In this document: positions 60,901-64,000 of the stretch, in pieces
Layout of the letters: each line of letters begins with the position of its first letter
Position numbering within the stretch: position 1 is the first letter of the stretch
Assembly (NCBI GenBank): GCA_963795085.1
Contig: CAWCFX010000006.1
Location: forward strand, 704,001-768,000
DNA from: an uncultured Gemmatimonadales bacterium
Lineage (GTDB): Bacteria > Gemmatimonadota > Gemmatimonadetes > Gemmatimonadales > GWC2-71-9
Direction of reading: 5' to 3'
Length of the DNA stretch: 64,000 nucleotides
Notes under the pieces: generated by a model
Seen by the model: the letters and a program-made list of their open reading frames with translations, nothing else
Told to the model about the DNA's origin: nothing
Database searches by the model: none
Translations under genes and position numbers: made by a program

Positions 60901-63900
60901 AGCCCGTTGCCGTCGGTCTGACCGGACACCGGAGCCACCGTGCCGCTCCCGGTCAGGACCGTCCAGCGTGACCGTCACCCCCGGCACGCCGAGCCCGCTG
61001 GCATCGCGCACCTGGACCACCAGTGATTCCGCCGCCGCCTCGCCGGCCACATCGGTCTGCCCGTCTCCGCCCACCTTGACGATCGCCGCGGGGGCCCCGG
61101 GCGGCGCGGTGGTGCCGGTCGCGGTGAAGGTGGCCGGGCTTCCCGCCAGCCCGGACACCGTCGCGGTGAGCGTGTTGGGGCCGGCCGCGGCGCCCAGGGT
61201 CCAGGCGCCGCCCGAGGCGAGGCCCTGCGCATCGGTCGTGGCGAGCGCCGCACCGATGCTGCCGCCGCCGCTGGCCACCGCGAAGGACACCGAAACGCCT
61301 GCGACCGGGTTGCCCGCGCCGTCCCGGACGCTGACCACCGGGTTCACCGGCACCGGCGAGCCCGCCGTCGCGGTCTGGTTGTCTCCCGCCTCTTTCGCGA
61401 GGGCCGCGGCCGCGCCGGCCGTGATGGCGAAGCCGGCCGAGGTGACCGACGCCAGGCCCGGCGCCGTGAAGACGAGGGTGCGAGTCCCCACCGTGCCGCT
61501 GATGCCCAGCGCAACGAACGTGGCGATGCCGCTGCCGTTAGTGGTCGCCGCCGCGGTGCCGGTGAGTGTCCCGCCGCCCGAGTTGAGGGCCGCGGTGACC
61601 ACGGTGCCGCTGCCCGCCGAATTGCCGTTGCCATCCACGGCGCGGACCTGGGGTTGCGGGGAAAGGGTTCCGCCGCTGGGACCACCACCTGGCTCGGTCA
61701 CCATGAGGAGTGCCGTCGCGGGCCCCGCGATACCGGTCCCCGTGAAGGATGTGTTGAACCCGGCCGCACTGGCCCGCACCGTGTTCCCACCCACTACATC
61801 TCCCAGGGTCCACTCGGCGGACGCGAGCCCGTTGCCGTCGGTCTGACCGGACACCGGAGCCACCGTGCCGCTCCCGGTCAGGATCGTCCACGTCACCGCG
61901 ACCCCCGGCACGCCGAGCCCGCTGGCATCGCGCACCTGGACCACCAGTGATTCCGCCACCGCCTCGCCGGCCACATCGGTCTGCCCGTCTCCGCCCACCT
62001 TGACGATCGCCGCGGGAGCCCCGGGCCCAGACACCGTCCCGGTCGCCGTGAACGTCGCCGGACTACCCGGGAGACCGGACACAGTCGCCGTCAATGTGTT
62101 CGCGCCGGCCGCGGGCCCCAGCGTCCAACTGCCGCCCGAGGCCCGGCCCTGGGCATCCGTGATCGATTGAGCCGAGGCGATCGATCCCCCACCGGTGCTC
62201 ACGGTGAACGCCACCGTGATCCCAGGCACCGGGTTGCCCGCCCCATCCGACACGCTCACCGAAGGATTCACCGCCACGGCCGTGCTCACCGCTGCGGTTT
62301 GGTTGTCCCCCGCTACTTTGGCCAGGGTAGTGGCGGACCCGGCGGTGATCACGAAACTGGCCGAAGTCACCGGCGTCAGGCCGGGGGCGGTAAAGGTGAG
62401 GGTACGCGGTCCAGCGGTACCGGTCACCCCCAGCGATGCGAACGTCGCCAGACCGCTGCTTGCGGTCGTTGCGGTGAGCACCCCGGTCAGAGCACCGCCC
62501 CCCGATCCCAGAGCCGCAGTGACCACGGTGCCGCTGCCGGCCGCGTTGCCGTTGCCATCCACGGCGCGGACCTGGGGTTGCGGGGAAAGGGTTCCGCCGC
62601 TGGGACCACCACCTGGCTCGGCCACCATGAGGAGTGCCGTCGCGGGCCCCGCGATACCGGTCCCCGTGAAGGATGTGTTGAACCCGGCCGCACTGGCCCG
62701 AACGCTGTTGGAGCCGGCGGCCGCACCGAAGGTCCACTCGGCGGCCGCGAGACCGTTGCCGTCGGTCTGACCGGACACCGGCCGCCACCGTGCCGCTCCC
62801 GGTCAGGACCGTCCAGCTGACCGTCACCCCCGGCACGCCGAGCCCGCTGGCATCGCGCACCTGGACCACCAGCGATTCCGCCGCCGCCTCGCCGGCCACA
62901 TCGGTCTGCCCGTCTCCGCCCACCTTGACGATCGCCGCGGGAGCCCCGGGCGGCGCGGTGGTGCCGGTCGCGGTGAAGGTAGCGGGGCTTCCCGCCAGCC
63001 CGGACACCGTCGCGGTGAGCGTGTTGGGGCCGGCCGCGGCGCCCAGGGTCCAGGCGCCGCCCGAGGCGAGGCCCTGCGCATCGGTCGTGGCGAGCGCCGC
63101 GCCGATGCTGCCGCCGCCGCTGGCCACCGCGAAGGACACCGAAACGCCTGCGACCGGGTTGCCCGCGCCGTCCCGGACGCTGACCACCGGGTTCACCGGC
63201 ACCGGCGCGCCCGCCGTCGCGGTCTGGTTGTCTCCCGCCTCTTTCGCGAGGGCCGCGGCCGCGCCGGCCGTGATGGCGAAGCCGGCCGAGGTGACCGACG
63301 CCAGGCCCGGCGCCGTGAAGACGAGGGTGCGAGTCCCCACCGTGCCGCTGATGCCCAGCGCAACGAACGTGGCGATGCCGCTGCCGTTGGTGGTCGCCGC
63401 CGCGGTGCCGGTGAGTGTCCCGCCGCCCGAGTTGAGGGCCGCGGTGACCACGGTGCCGCTGCCGGCCGCGTTGCCGTTGCCGTCCACGGCGCGGACCTGG
63501 GGTTGCGGCGCCAGCACTCCGCCACTCGGCCCACCGCCCGGCTCGATCACCATCGCCAGCCCGGCCGCCGGGCCGGCGATGCCGCCGGCGGTGAACGTCG
63601 CGGTGAGCGCCCCGGCGCTGGCCCGCACCGAATTGGCGCCGGCCACGACTCCGGTCGTCCAGCGCACCCGGGCCTGGCCCGAGGCGTCGGTGACCGCGGA
63701 GGCGGGAGACACCGCACCGCCGCCGGTCAGGACGGTCCAGTTCACCGTCACCGCGGGCACGCCCACGCCACCGGCGTCCCGCACCTGCACCACCAGCGAT
63801 TCGGGCAGCGCGGACCCCGCGACACTGGTTTGCGCATCGCCGGCCACCTTGTTGATCGAGGCGGGCGGCGCGGTGCTGCCGGTCGCGGTGAAGACGACCG

Positions 63901-64000
63901 ATCCCACGCCGCTCACGGTGGCGGACAACGTGTTCGCGCCGGCGGCAGGGCCCAGCGTCCACGCCCCGCTGGCGGCGATACCGTTCGGTCCGGTCACCGC
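57999..64000 (-). CDS. Giant Ig-like (Big_1/invasin-type) repeat surface protein with C-terminal SGNH-like domain; 5' end outside the window; two apparent frameshifts (~62782 and ~60968)
   Basis: Repeated GDNQTA...PVVSVRD..GNPVAGVSVSF...TD..G.AS...WTLG units span three ORFs (62063-63997, 60451-62778, 57999-60938). Comparing repeat copies shows single extra bases at the junctions. The C-terminus has SIGLSN and DHTHP. Confidence 0.85.

Overview
High-GC bacterial chromosomal window with about 48 protein-coding genes. Gene content and style suggest Gemmatimonadota; this is an inference, not tested. Housekeeping and envelope genes include tamA-tamB, a peptide ABC binding protein and permease, dacB, sixA, rpiB, korAB, an FNR-like oxidoreductase, pduO-aroB, a sigma-70 factor, glcDEF-ygfZ, a ChlI-like ATPase with a vWA protein, UDG, M48/S46/S41 peptidases, two FKBPs, thrE, yceI and a giant Ig-repeat surface protein. 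I found no rRNA, tRNA, CRISPR array, transposase, integrase or reverse transcriptase. The most striking feature is a dense set of intergenic repeat families. (1) A telomere-like octamer family (CAGTGGGA/CAGTGGGT) occurs at ten loci. It forms inverted G-arm/C-arm pairs that enclose either a conserved 24-nt core (four copies) or a whole gene (an Avd-like four-helix-bundle gene; an alpha/beta hydrolase). (2) A CCCTCTCCAC-ttc-GTGGAGAGGG hairpin family brackets a DUF559 endonuclease gene, next to a catalytically degenerate paralogue. (3) An AACACGAAAGCACGAA family occurs at three loci. (4) There are also a heptamer array, an in-frame nonamer array and a degenerate 21-nt-periodic tract. My best candidate for an undescribed system is a REPIN/RAYT-like arrangement in which repeat families pair with small cognate proteins and no transposase is visible. 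All functional calls come from motif recognition only; no searches were run.
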